Shown here piece after piece: positions 13,647 to 25,720 of a stretch of 64,000 bases of DNA. The stretch comes from Felis catus (taxonomy: Eukaryota), in contig NC_058368.1 in the NCBI RefSeq assembly GCF_018350175.1, forward strand, positions 147,934,001 through 147,998,000, read 5' to 3'. The notes under the pieces are model-generated. The model had not been told where the DNA came from. It saw only the letters and a program-made list of their open reading frames with translations, and ran no database searches. How positions within the stretch are numbered: the first letter of the stretch is position 1; every line of letters starts with the position of its first letter. Position numbers and translations under genes: made by a program.

Positions 13647-14344
13647 AGAGGCACAATATTTCTGTCTCACTTCAAAATTTTAAAAAACACAACATAAAAT
13701 AGAACAAAACAAAACACCAGGTGTACCATGAACTGTTTTAATCTTGTGATATCCAGTCATTCCCTTCACAACACAGATATGCAAAGAAACACAAACACAA
13801 ATGTCCATATACATTCAAATTAAAAAATTTCCCATACCGTGATAATTCCATTAGTCAACATTTTTCTTTTCCTCAGGTAAAATAGTTCCAAAATTTTAAT
13901 TGTAATACTTACTAAATTGATTAGAGCTTTGACATTAGATTAGCAGTAGTGACTAAAATAGATAAACATTATTAATTTGTGGGGCTTTGTAAATGTTGAC
14001 TCTCAACATTTGTATTTTTAGTATCTGGTCCAAATGGCTACTAATTACCAATTTTTATGAGAAGTTAAGGGAAAATTTAACTTCCATTAATGATGGAGTG
14101 AAGACTTTGTGTAAGGACATCCTATTCTAAAATAATGAGACGAGCCAGAAACATATTTCAATAAATTTATAATCAGACATTCAAAGAAATATTTTAGAAG
14201 GATTTTTAGTATGAGAGAACGACTCATTTTAAAAAATGGAAACATACTAATTCATCACTTACTAATATTTAAAGATATGAGTGTCAAGAGTAAATATTAA
14301 CTCAAGAACAAAGACTTTTTATAGAGTCTAAAATGATTATCATT

Positions 14345-14555
14345 GAGGCTCCTAGGTGGCTCAGTTGGTTAAATGTCCAACTTTGCTCACGGTTCATGGG
14401 TTCCAGCCCTGCCTTGGGCTCTGTGCAGACAGCTCAGAGCCTGGAGACTGCTTTGGATACTGTGTCTCCGTCTCTTTCTCTCGCTGTCCCTCCCCTGCTT
14501 GTGCTCTATTTCTCTCAAAAATAAATAAACATTAAAATAATAATAAAAAATAAAA
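14345..14555 (+). mobile_element. CanSINE
   Basis: SINE head, agctcagagcctggag core, aataaa tail. Confidence 0.92.
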
Positions 14556-14888
14556 ATATTACCATCTATTTCTTGCAAAATTAATAGAAAAAGGCCTAAG
14601 GGTATTCATTTCTAGTTTTGCATATTATGATATCATATTCTGCATTCAGCTTACATCTTAGGAGGTATGATAGGAAAGCTTATCCGGACACCTGTTAAAA
14701 TAAACGTTTCATTGATTTTAGAGTATTGTTATTGGTATACATAATTGTTCAAGAAGAAAGTCAATGTTAGGTGAAACTGTCACTATACATTTATAGAAAA
14801 CTGTAACTATATGATAGCAGTTTCATCAATAAACACAGTAAGTGAAGTAGCCACACACCATTATACTGCGGAGCTAAGGGAAATCTGC

Positions 14889-14972
14889 AAAAAAAAACAA
14901 AAAACAAAAAGACCAAAAAAAAAAAAAAAGAAAGAAAGAAAGAAAAAGAAAGAAAGAAAGAAAAAAAAGAAA
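14889..14972 (+). repeat. A-rich low-complexity / (GAAA)n tract
   Basis: Directly visible. Confidence 0.9.
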
Positions 14973-15116
14973 TTTACAAATTTACAAAGTGTTCAAATAT
15001 TAGGAAACTGAAGTTGGGATTCATGGTGGCATGCCCCAAGTCTGGAAAAGTTGAGATTTTCTATAACTCAAAATAGAACTTCCATCCTGGAAAAATAAAA
15101 TGAGCATGTGGACAAG

Positions 15117-15148
15117 CACACACACACAAACACACACTTATACACACA

Positions 15149-15201
<53 letters not shown>

Positions 15202-15221
15202 GTTTTTATATATAAAATTAG

Positions 15222-15278
<57 letters not shown>
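15117..15278. repeat. Compound microsatellite (CA)n-(TA)n-spacer-(TG)n-(TA)n
   Basis: Directly visible; two long perfect (TA)n runs. Confidence 0.97.
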
Positions 15279-15283
<5 letters not shown>

Positions 15284-15439
15284 TACCTAAAATTACTAGA
15301 AAATAAGTTGGAACTAAGTGTATCCCAAAATGACATTGTCCTGCTGGCCATGATTTAAACTTTTCTGCTTGTTGGCATTGTGTGTGGGGGGGGGTGGGGA
15401 GGATGGGGGGCGTTCTTTTCTGTTTATTCATCCCCATGC

Positions 15440-15493
15440 TTTTATTTTTAACTTATTTATTTCAATTCAAGTTAGCTAAAATATAGTGTAGTA
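15440..15493 (-). mobile_element. Tiny carnivore L1 3'-terminal fragment
   Basis: tcaattcaagttagctaaaatatagtgta resembles the 13.55 kb L1 end; degenerate flanking repeat atccccatgct / atcacccctgct. Confidence 0.55.
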
Positions 15494-15854
15494 ATCACCC
15501 CTGCTATTTTCCAGGGCCCAGGACATTTGAAAGCACTAGCAATGTACAAGATGCAGGCAAACCATGGAAGATAGCAAACTCCAGATTTTCTTTGGACCTT
15601 ATTATTTAGCTTTTAAAACAAATTATTCTTAGGGAGGGTATCTTTTCTGCTTTTCTTCAGTCTCTGTATATGTTCAGGAAGACAATACTGTTAATCTTCT
15701 CAGGTTGAAGCATTCAAACAAAATCTGTATATATCTGCCAAGGGGAGTCTCTGTGAAGTTAGCTATTTAACTAAATGACCTTTAAAATTTCTCCCCCAAA
15801 GAAGTGCCATTTATTTCATGAGAGGTTAACAGAAACAAATCAAAGTTGTTTATA

Positions 15855-17760
15855 ACAATTCATTTTACTCAGTAGTCAAAAAATATTTAAGTAGTCAAAA
15901 AATCCCACTACTGACCGGAAATTGCATGATATCAGAATATTACGGAAATAAAATAGATTTGGATGCTATCATCACTGATTTTTTATTCTAGTCAGGGAAA
16001 AAGATGACAAAATAAAATTAAGTGTTTGTAATTATGGTACTTGTAATAATGAGGTGAAATTAAGAGATGGAGTTGAGAAAGCAATAGACTCGTATAAAAC
16101 ACTCATTTGTATAGGCTGTTTATTAGAGAAAATATCTCAGAAAAGGAAATATTAAAGCATATACCTAGTGGATCAGAGGTTCATTAGAGTGGAAGCAGAA
16201 CACTCCAGGTAGAAGGAAAAGCATACATGTTGGCACTATGCCTGGAAAGAATTTGAAGTGGTTAATGAACTTAATCATCAGTTGGCCTAGAACACAATTT
16301 TTGAGAAGGACAGTCATAAACAATTAAAATTGAAAATTAGGTAAGGACCAAATTATGACATGTCTTGGTGAGTCACTAAAAGGAAGCCTGATTTTTTTTT
16401 AATTGCAATGAAAATTGAAAAAAGCACTGAGGTACCACAACACAATTATCAGAATGGTCAAAAACTAGAGCAGTGACATTAAATGTGGACAAAGACGTGG
16501 AGCAATGGGACCTTTGTTCATTGCTGGTGGCAATGCACAACAATGCAGCCACTTTGGAGTTTTCTTACAAAACTGAACACACTCTTACCATAAGATCCAG
16601 ATATCATCCTTTTGGTATTTACCCAAAGGAAGGAAAAACTTATGTCTGCACAAAAGCCTGCACACAGATGTTTGGAGGGGTTTTACTCATTTCAGCCAAA
16701 ACGTGGAAACAAGCAAGGTATTCAGTAGGTGATAAATAGTCTGTGGTACATCTAGACAATGAAATATTCAGTGCTAAAAGTAAATTGGCTATCTAGCCAT
16801 GAAAAGACATGAACCTTAAGTGCATATTATTAAGTGAAAGAAGTCATTGTGAAAAATCTACAGGCTGTATTATTCCAACTATATGACATTCTGGAAAAGG
16901 CAAAACTATGGAAACAATTAGATGATTAGTGACTGTGGGAGTTTGGTTTAAGACGGAGAGAAAGGGGGAGGGAGAAGCACAGAAGATTCTTAAGACGGGG
17001 AAAATACACTGTGTTGTACTATACTGAAAGCTACATGTCCAAACCCACAGAGTGTACACCATCAAATGTAAATGCTAATTTAAACTACAGACTTTGGGTA
17101 ATTGTGATATGTCAATGTATGTTCATCAATTTTAACAACTGTACCATGCTAGTGGCGGATGTTGATGCAGGGGGTCCAGAGTGCATAATGGAAATTTCAG
17201 TACTTTCTTATCAATTTTGCTGTGAACCTAAAACTGCTCTAAAAATATAAAGTCTTTAATAAAAAAAAAAAGCTGCAGTGAAGAGCTGTTAAAGGGATTT
17301 TAATGGAGATATTAACATGATCTAATGTACATTTTAATGGCACTTTTGTTGCTCTGTGGAGTGTGCAATTGAGGGGACAAGCAGTAGACACAGAAAAGCT
17401 GTTAGAGCAGTCAACATGAGAAATTTTTATCTTCTCTGTCAAGGTGGTATAGAAAATTAAAATACACTGACGTATATATTATATGTATTTTGTAGATAGG
17501 TGGACTAGGTATGGGGATAGAAAAAGAAAACAGAATTAACATGTATTAGCAGTTTCTACCATTAAAATAAAACAGTTTCTATCATTAATAATTGAATGGA
17601 TTATGGTAACATTACATTCATGGCTGGGGTGAACATACATCTTTTTTTTCTGGAACGATAATTTACACTTTTATGCTCTAGAGTGTTCCACTTACAGAAA
17701 TGATACAGTTGGCATGGTTTTAAAAAGAGTGGAGGTGGTAGTTAGCTTTGTATAAGTTGA
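15855..17760 (-). mobile_element. L2 remnant interrupted by L1MC
   Basis: L2-like 3' end and body (ttctagtcagggaaaaag; ccaggtagaaggaaaagca) resuming after 17270 (agggattttaa...acatgatctaatgtacatttta). Confidence 0.6.
16415..17270 (+). mobile_element. L1MC1/MB-like 3' portion with poly(A)
   Basis: Degenerate ORF2 C-terminus; ...tttgctgtgaacctaaaactgctctaaaaatataaagtc followed by an A tail. Confidence 0.85.
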
Positions 17761-18379
17761 GATATATAAATACATTCAAGTGGAGTTTTATAAGTCACAA
17801 TTTTTATACATTTTCAAGTGGAGAGTCAGATGTTAGATGAATGTATGAACTGAATACTTCGATCAAATTTAGGGATTGAAATACTCCTTTTGGAAATGCT
17901 TGAGATGTGCCTATTACCTTTGTGTAAAAGAAATGATACTTAAGCCTTTCTGATTTTATGAATCTCTTGGGAAGTGCCAACTTTTTAATGTGCATTTTAT
18001 ATTCTCCCACTTCCTTAATGTTTGAAAACTCCTTCCTGCTAACATAAAAATCATGCAAACGATTTTATTTTCTTCCTTTCCTATGCTGATAAGACAGATG
18101 AGAAAAAAAAAACATGAAATTCTGTAATTTTGGCTTCATTCATAGCCATCCTGCATTTGATTAATTTTAGGTAACATTTTATTCAAAATTTTCAAACTTA
18201 AGTAAAGTACAAATGCTAAAATAAATTCCAAACCTGAAAGAATCCTAAGTGACTCCAGGACTCCACTGTTACCATTTTGATAAATATTTCTCTGAGAAAC
18301 TGAAGTATGTCCTCTATGAAACAATCTTACTTGGTAGAAGAAACAGAGATCATAGTTCAGGGATGCTAAGCAGGTGAAA

Positions 18380-20430
18380 TTTGAAGATTAAGATACTGGA
18401 GAGGAGAGAACTATAAAGAGAAAAAGTTTAAGAAATCTGCATGTAGTACTGTGTGTCTCTGGCCAAATTATAAGCTGGAGAGGCCTGGAAAAAACACGGC
18501 TGGAGACCATGTCTTGAATTACAACAACTCTAGCCCTCCTGAAAGGGCTAGTATGGATCTTATCCAAGTAGGCCCCAAATACACCTTGGCAGAGAAATCT
18601 CATCCAATTGTAAATATATTTCCTGCAAGAATAAAAATCTACAATCTTTAAATAAAATAAAATCTACAATCTCAACAAAGTAGCGAACCAAGAGATCAGA
18701 AGTTTTTAATTACAAATTTATAACGCATGTGAAGAAACAGAAAAGTTAAATCCATAGTGAGGCAAAACCCCATCAATAGGACAAAACCTAGACATAGGTC
18801 ACATACGAGAATTAGCATTCAAGCAACAAATATTAAAATACTGTGTGAACAAATGGGCAACACCAGAGAAGAAACTATCAAAGGAATCAAATGAAAATTC
18901 TAGAACTGAAAAATATCTAAAATTTCATTAGAGGAGCTTAGCAGTAAAATGGATACTGAAGAATAAAAGATCAATGAATTTAAAGATACAGCCATTGAAA
19001 TTACGCAATGTGAACAAAGAGTGGAAAAAGAAAAAGGAATGAAAAAGAGAATAACTCTTCAGTAACCTGTAGGACAACATTAAGTACTCTAATGCATGTA
19101 TCTGGAAGATACAGGAGAATAATTGTGGAGGAGAAAAAAAAGTATTTGAAGAAATAATAGTTGAAAATTTTCTAGAATGAACTGTATGGAACTTGTTCTA
19201 TATTTTAAAATATAAATACCAACTTTATGTCTTAAATATAAAATATAAAGTAAATGTGAAGGCTTGACTATATTAAAATCAGACAGAGTAGATATTTATA
19301 AATTTTTTTAATGTATATTTATTTTTGAGAGAGAGACAGAGCGTGAGTGGGGGAGGAGTAGAGAGAGGGAGACACAGAATCCAAAGTAGGCTGGATGTTA
19401 ACAGCACAGAGCCTGATGTGGGGCTTGAACTAGTGAACCACAAGATCATGACCTGAGCCAAAGTCAGACGCTTAACTGATTGAGCCACCCAGGCGCCCCA
19501 AGATAGATATTTACAAAATAAACATTTATACAAATGTGATGGGCAAAATTGAGAAATATGGAAAAAATATACAACATACAAACAGTAAGAAAAAAGAAAA
19601 CTTATTTGCCTCTGTTAATATCAGGCAAAGTATACTTCAGAAAACATAATACATGAGATAAAAATTAGATTATCCAAAGATAAAAGTACTTTTCACTAGA
19701 AGGACATCACAGTCCTAAATATTTATTAAATTAATTAAATCCTCAAAATAAAGAAGTCAGAAGTTGGAGTTCCAATAATTGCTCTAGGTGCTAAAAAAAA
19801 TAGACAAAAATCACTAGAGTCAAAAAATTGCATAAGTAAACCAATTTAACCTTATTGACATTATAGAGCAATATACCAAAAAACAAAACAAAATCAGTAC
19901 AACAAATATTCTTTGTAAGTTCATACAGATCATTAACTGTGACAGACCATTTGTTTGGCCATATAACAAATTTTCATAAATTTAACAGATGCAAATCTTA
20001 AAAAAATAGTTCTTTAATGATTTCAATTAGAAATCAATTGCAAATACACCTTTAAAATCCCCAAATAACAGCAATTTAAATAACATATATCTCTACATAA
20101 CTCATGCATTAAAGAAGAAATTTAAGAGAGAAATATAAAACACCTGAATTTAAAAAGTATAATGTAACATGTTAAATTATGAATTGCAAATAATGTAGTA
20201 GTTGAAAAAAATATATTAGAAAATAAGAAAGATTTAAAATCAATGATGCAAACTCTACCTTGGACAATTTGAAAATAAAGGGCGGCATACATTAAACACA
20301 AACTAATTAAAGGAAGTAAATAATAAAGTGACAAGTGTGTAAATTAAGAAAATAGAAAATGAACAAACAGAAGAAAAAGAAAGTTCTTTATACAAGATTA
20401 AAGCAACTTAAGAACCTCTAATAGAAAAAT
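18380..20430 (+). mobile_element. Old L1M 5'/ORF1/endonuclease remnant
   Basis: gatcaatgaatttaaagatacagccattgaaatt; aaaagtatttgaagaaataatagttgaaaattttc; degenerate EN (gacagaccatttgtttggccata). Confidence 0.7.
19303..19499 (-). mobile_element. CanSINE
   Basis: SINE body; TSD tagatatttataaa / tagatatttacaaa. Confidence 0.95.
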
Positions 20431-20467
20431 TTCCTATATAATTTCCTATATAATTTCCTATATAATT
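20428..20467. repeat. 12-bp tandem repeat (aatttcctatat) x3
   Basis: Directly visible. Confidence 0.85.
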
Positions 20468-20673
20468 GGTGTCTACCTATTTTTCTTTTGTGAACTCTTC
20501 ATAGACAGATACTATATTAGTACCTAACACATCGATAGCTGCTACACACTTGTTGAAAGAACCATTAAATTTTAATCAGGGAATTCAGAAAGCAATACCT
20601 CACACTGAGAGATGATTCCAATAGGGGAAATGTCAGGCAGCTAAAAAGAGAGATGGGGTCAGTGGGAAGGGAA

Positions 20674-20827
20674 TAGTGGTTTGCTGGAACCAGCTGGTAC
20701 TGGCTCAACTGAGGCTATTATGAATACCATATCCCAAGTGTTCACTGAAAATGGCAAATGCTACCAATCAGAGCTGCTCCTCACCACCTATGGCCCTCTT
20801 TGGAGTGCCTTTACCAGCACTGCACTG
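20674..20827. mobile_element. MER63-like non-autonomous hAT DNA transposon
   Basis: Terminal inverted repeats tagtggtttgctgg / ccagcactgcactg; internal ggcaaatgctaccaatcagagct. Confidence 0.75.
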
Positions 20828-23007
20828 GAACTAAAACTCTCTTGCTTTATCTCATATCAAAACAGTTAGCCATCTCTCAGCTTCCAAACATTTAGGAGAA
20901 TAACAAGAATAGTTCATCTCTCCGGAAAATGGAAAGTCATATCATGTAGATGACTAATAGGTATTTATTTCCAATGATAATTTTGATCATTTCTATTAAG
21001 AAATAGCATCATATAACTAAATAAAGGAAAATTAGAATACTAAGATTTTTAAAATAATTCACCAAGTAGGAAATAAGGAATGTGAGATAGATTCTTTAGG
21101 CTATTAAGGTTACTGAAAAACAAACCAAAACAAAACACAGCAATCCTATGTTAACAACAAGAAAACAACAACAAAAAATGAAATAGCTTGAAGGGTACAG
21201 CACTGATATAAGCATCATGGAGAAGAGCCTGGATCTAAACAAAACAAAAATAAAAACATATAACAACCCTCCCCCCAAAAAACTTTAATAAAACTTCATA
21301 TGGAAGTTAATCAGGCTTATCTATCCTGGGGCAGGCACTACTTGAAAGGATTATTGTTTAGTACAGAGAAAAGGGCATAGACAAAATGGTAAATCTTTGA
21401 CAAGCTTTCAGAAAGTCGAAGTAGGCTTTTAAAACTCAGAATCATATTTTCTTTAAATCTTGTTGGACTCATCTTTCTGTGGCCTGAAGCAAGTCAATAA
21501 TAATTTTTAAAAAAGGATACTGTAATGTTACTAAATAATATAAAAATGCAATTCAAGTAGAAATATCACACTGGAAGTGATTCAGCATTGGGGGAAAAAT
21601 TTATGGCACCATAAGCAAGCATGATTTATTGCCCTTTAATAGAATATAAGATCCTCAAAACATGCCAGTTTTTATCCTTAAGAATTGACAAGACTATTCT
21701 TTAAAATAACTATTTAGGAAAATTCCAATTTAGTGTAAATGTCCATTTTTTATAATTATATAAAAATACTAGAAATATATTTTGAACTTTAAAAGTCTAA
21801 GATAACTTTATAGGGGAAAAAATACAATTTAAGCCTATTCTGACATGTTGGCATATTTCTAAACTATCCATTCTTTTCCCAAAGAATTTGGTTTAAAAAA
21901 AAACAAATATCCCCATAAATAGAAAATAAACACATATTTGGCAATATGATACAGCATTTTTGTGTTAGCCACTCCTTTAGCACAGAAGTCTGAGAAAATC
22001 AGTACTAATTCTGAGAAGTTTTTAAAACCAATGCATGTAGTGTATTGTTGAAAAATTTCTTTTGGAATTGTATTAAGTATTTTTCACTGAAAATTAATAT
22101 CTCTTTAGAAGATAATTTAAACACGGTTATAAGGTAACTGTTTTCTTAACTAAAACATTCATTCAGAGCATAAAGTGATCTGTTCCACCTCATTATTATA
22201 CAAGGAACTTACTTATAGGGTTTTCCGATGTACAGAAAGGGTAATAACCATCCTTTATAATCACTGTGGTTTAAATCTGTGATTTCTATTTCTCAGACCA
22301 AGGAATGATTGAAATTACTAAAATTTACCCAAGAGATCTGAAAAAAAAGTAAGTCTGGGAGAGGGAACCTAGAATATTTAGGAATATCAGATTTTACTGA
22401 GGACTAATTTCAGAATTTTTATAAGACAAAGTCTTCATTTTTTCTTTTATCAGAAAACTTAGGATATATTCCTTTTAATCAAGACTCATCTTTGACCAAT
22501 TTAAATTATTTGGGGCAGCAGACACCAAGTGAAATTCATGTAACTTACTATCCAACTAGAACTCGATGCAAAGGTAGGGATATCAGTTTTCCCTGCCATC
22601 AAAAAATCAGGCCTCCATCAGTTTCTTCCTGTTCCCAAATACCTGGCCTATTTTAGGACATAAAATATTTCACTTGGGGTTATTATATCATCTCCAGAAT
22701 GTTAAAGATAAATATTTCATTTATTAATGTATTTACATACCAGGGCGTATTGAGCGATGTTGATATAGTCAGCATTGTGTAGATACAAAGGAAACGTAAG
22801 ACACATAATCTTCCTTCGAGGACCTTAAAGTCAGTACAATTAAATAATAATTCTAGTACTCAACATCCTGTACTCTCAATTAATTAGCTGAGCCAAAACA
22901 GTCAGCTTATATACTCAAATGAAAAACCTGGAAGGCATAATGCTTAAAATCAGAGTAGCACAAGGGTTATATGCATCTACAAGTAAGTATACTCTTGTCT
23001 CTATCTT

Positions 23008-23218
23008 TTTTTTTTAACGTTTATTTATTTTTGAGACAGAGAGAGACAGAGCATGAACAGGGGAGGGGCAGAGAGAGAGGGAGACACAGAATGGGAAGCA
23101 GGCTCCAGGCTCTGAGCCATCAGCCCAGAGCCTGACGCAGGGCTCGAACTCACGGACTGCAAGATCATGACCTGAGCTGAAGTCAGATGCTTAACCGACT
23201 GAGCCACCCAGGCGCCCC
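23008..23218 (-). mobile_element. CanSINE (young)
   Basis: Perfect 18-bp TSD tactcttgtctctatctt at 22990-23007 and 23219-23236. Confidence 0.97.
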
Positions 23219-24402
23219 TACTCTTGTCTCTATCTTAAACAACTTATTCTAAAGTTCAGGTTTTGTAGGACAGAGATGACAAATATAAAGTAGATAACTG
23301 CTGGAGTTTCATTCTTTAAAATTCAGATAAAATTATCTTGGGCTCTCATTCTAATATTCACTAGAGTTACTAGGGTGTGAGATGAAGGAACTGATCACAT
23401 AGTCACCTTCAATTCCAGGTATATGGGTATGCTTCATTTCCAGTTAAGTTTACATATTGTATATTCTTGTTACATCCTCTTCCTTCTGCTCCATGTTGAT
23501 CACATTTGGACAGCAACCCATTTCTATTTATGTTACCTACTGAAATTACTTCAGATAAAACAAAAGAAACAATGTTGTGCACACTTTGCAATAAAAGGAT
23601 AATTCATGGTAGCTCATCTTAAGGATGCAAAGAGACCAGACTCCCGTTATACTTCCCAATGAACTAAGTCACCAGGGACTTAGAAAAAAAGAGGTCATGA
23701 AAATAGGTACATGGAGTATGACTGAGGTTAAGTGTACACAGATTTCTATAGATTTATAAAGACCTGCCTGACATTTTCAACAGTTATATAATAAGTCATA
23801 TTGGTTGAACATTCAGGCAGAAAGCAATGAGAAAACTATTGTTGGAAACTAGAAAGATGGTAATCCATGCTATATATTGTTCATTCACTGCAAAATATTT
23901 AATGTAATTTAATTAATTTGAACTGTGATATTTTGGAAGGCAGATAATGAGAGTGACTATATGTTATAATTTGCTAAAATGGTATATAGTTACAATGGTT
24001 GGGGAAAAAAATTAGGCAGGCCATTATTTAAACAGCAACTCTTGAGCACATACTTTGAACCATGACTTGCATTCTACTTCATATCAGAGATTATATATAT
24101 TAAAAAAGGAAAAAAATCTATATACTGTGACTTAAAAAGTTTATAACCTAGTTGGGGATAATAATTATAATAAAGAAAACAGTAAGATAAAAGTTATAGG
24201 GTGGTCTGCACAGAGCATAATGGATGTAAATATATAGCCTTATCAGTCCCAAGGTAATACCGCAAGTGATTTTACAAGTCTCATTAGAACTACTCACTGA
24301 TATTTCAGTTCTTTTGCGGGGGGGGGGGGGGCGGGGGGTTGGCGCACATGACAGGACTGCATTTCTCTAACCTCTTGAAGTTAAGTGTCGCCATGTCAAT
24401 TG

Positions 24403-25172
24403 TATAATGCATCAGCAATTTAGGCTTTAAGTTCACTAATTTCCCCTGAGTTCACACCTTGTTAAAGAGAACAAAATGCTCTGGCATATTTCAAAATCGT
24501 TCTTTTACCCTTCCCCCTGCTGAATGCAGGAGGGGACTTTTTTCAGATATCTACTATGGGAAGCTGGTTGAGTTCCCGGAGGCAAACCTCTAATATTATG
24601 AGACCTCTCCTATGACTGGGTATCCCTGGAGATTTTAAACCTCAGACTTGGCCACAGGGAGTCTCCATCAATTTGTCAATCACAGTTCAGGTTTCCCTAC
24701 CCTCGCACTATTTCTTGTGGTGGTTTCTGTTCTATGTATCTGCTCTAGTGAGCCAGGACTCCTTGAATTTGCTTCTCTGTCTCTCTAATCCCCAAGATTA
24801 GAGAAAGGCAGCAGTTTGCCCCTCCCTTTTTTATGTATCCAAAAAGAGCTGTTGATTTTTCAGTCTGTTCAGCATTGTTGTTTTTTAATGTTTTATTTAT
24901 TTTTTTGAGAGAGAGACAGAGTGTGAGTGGGTGAGGGGCAGACAGAGAGACGGAGAAAGAACCTGAAGCAGGCTCCAGGCCCTGAGGTCTCAGCTGTCAG
25001 CACAGAGCCCAACATGGGGCCTGAACTCATGAGCCATGAGATTATGACCTGAGACAAAATGAGATGCTTAACCAACTGAACCACTAGGCTCAGCTTTGTA
25101 CTCTTTGTTAGGACAGAGTGATGACTTCCAAGTTCCTTACTTACATGCAGAACTGGAACAAGGAAGTATCAT
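24403..25172 (-). mobile_element. Old L1M (L1MC/MD-type) 5'UTR fragment
   Basis: gttgatttttcagtctgttcagc...ttgttaggacagagtgatgacttccaagttccttac...gaactggaacaaggaagt resembles an antisense L1M 5' end. Confidence 0.6.
24882..25088 (-). mobile_element. CanSINE
   Basis: SINE body; degenerate TSD tcagcattgt / tcagctttgt. Confidence 0.92.
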
Positions 25173-25339
25173 GTGTAGCCATGTGAAGTGTTTTGCCAAT
25201 TAAATGTGAAAAAAATATAGATATAAAATTTCCTGGTTACACCTTTTTATAGTAAGTGTGTAATTTATCATGATTCATTCTGCCCAAGTGGCCATGAACA
25301 TCCATATTCTGATAGGGCATTCAACACCTGGTTCCTTGA

Positions 25340-25720
25340 GTCTGTTTACTAGGACTGCCATAAATAATAAGAGATTTGGATTGGCTTAACAGAAATTAAT
25401 TTCTCTCACACTTTTGAAGGCTGGAACTTTAAGATCAAGGTGTCCACAGGTTTGGGTTCTCCTGAGGCCTCTCTTCTTGCCTTGCAGATGGCCATGTTCT
25501 GGCTACCTCTTCAAATGGTCATCTGTGAACTCATATTCCTCATGTCCCTTCTTCTTAAAAAAACACCAGTTCTATTGCATTAAGACCCACCTATATGAAC
25601 TCATTTAATCTTAATTTCCTCTTTGAAGGCCCTATCCTCAAATACATTTATATTCTGAGTTATATGAGGGCTTAGAACTTCAACATATTAATTTTGGGAG
25701 GCATAATTCAGTCCATAACA
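25340..25720 (-). mobile_element. MLT1A/B-like MaLR LTR
   Basis: ggactgccataa...gatcaaggtgtccacagg...ggccctatcctcaaatac...attcagtccataaca. Confidence 0.85.

Noticed and set aside
18530..18551. 8-bp-stem hairpin ctagccct...agggctag
   Set aside because: Short, within an old L1 remnant, and compatible with chance.
24318..24342. Poly(G) run, potential G-quadruplex
   Set aside because: Simple homopolymer expansion in a decayed LTR with no evidence of function.
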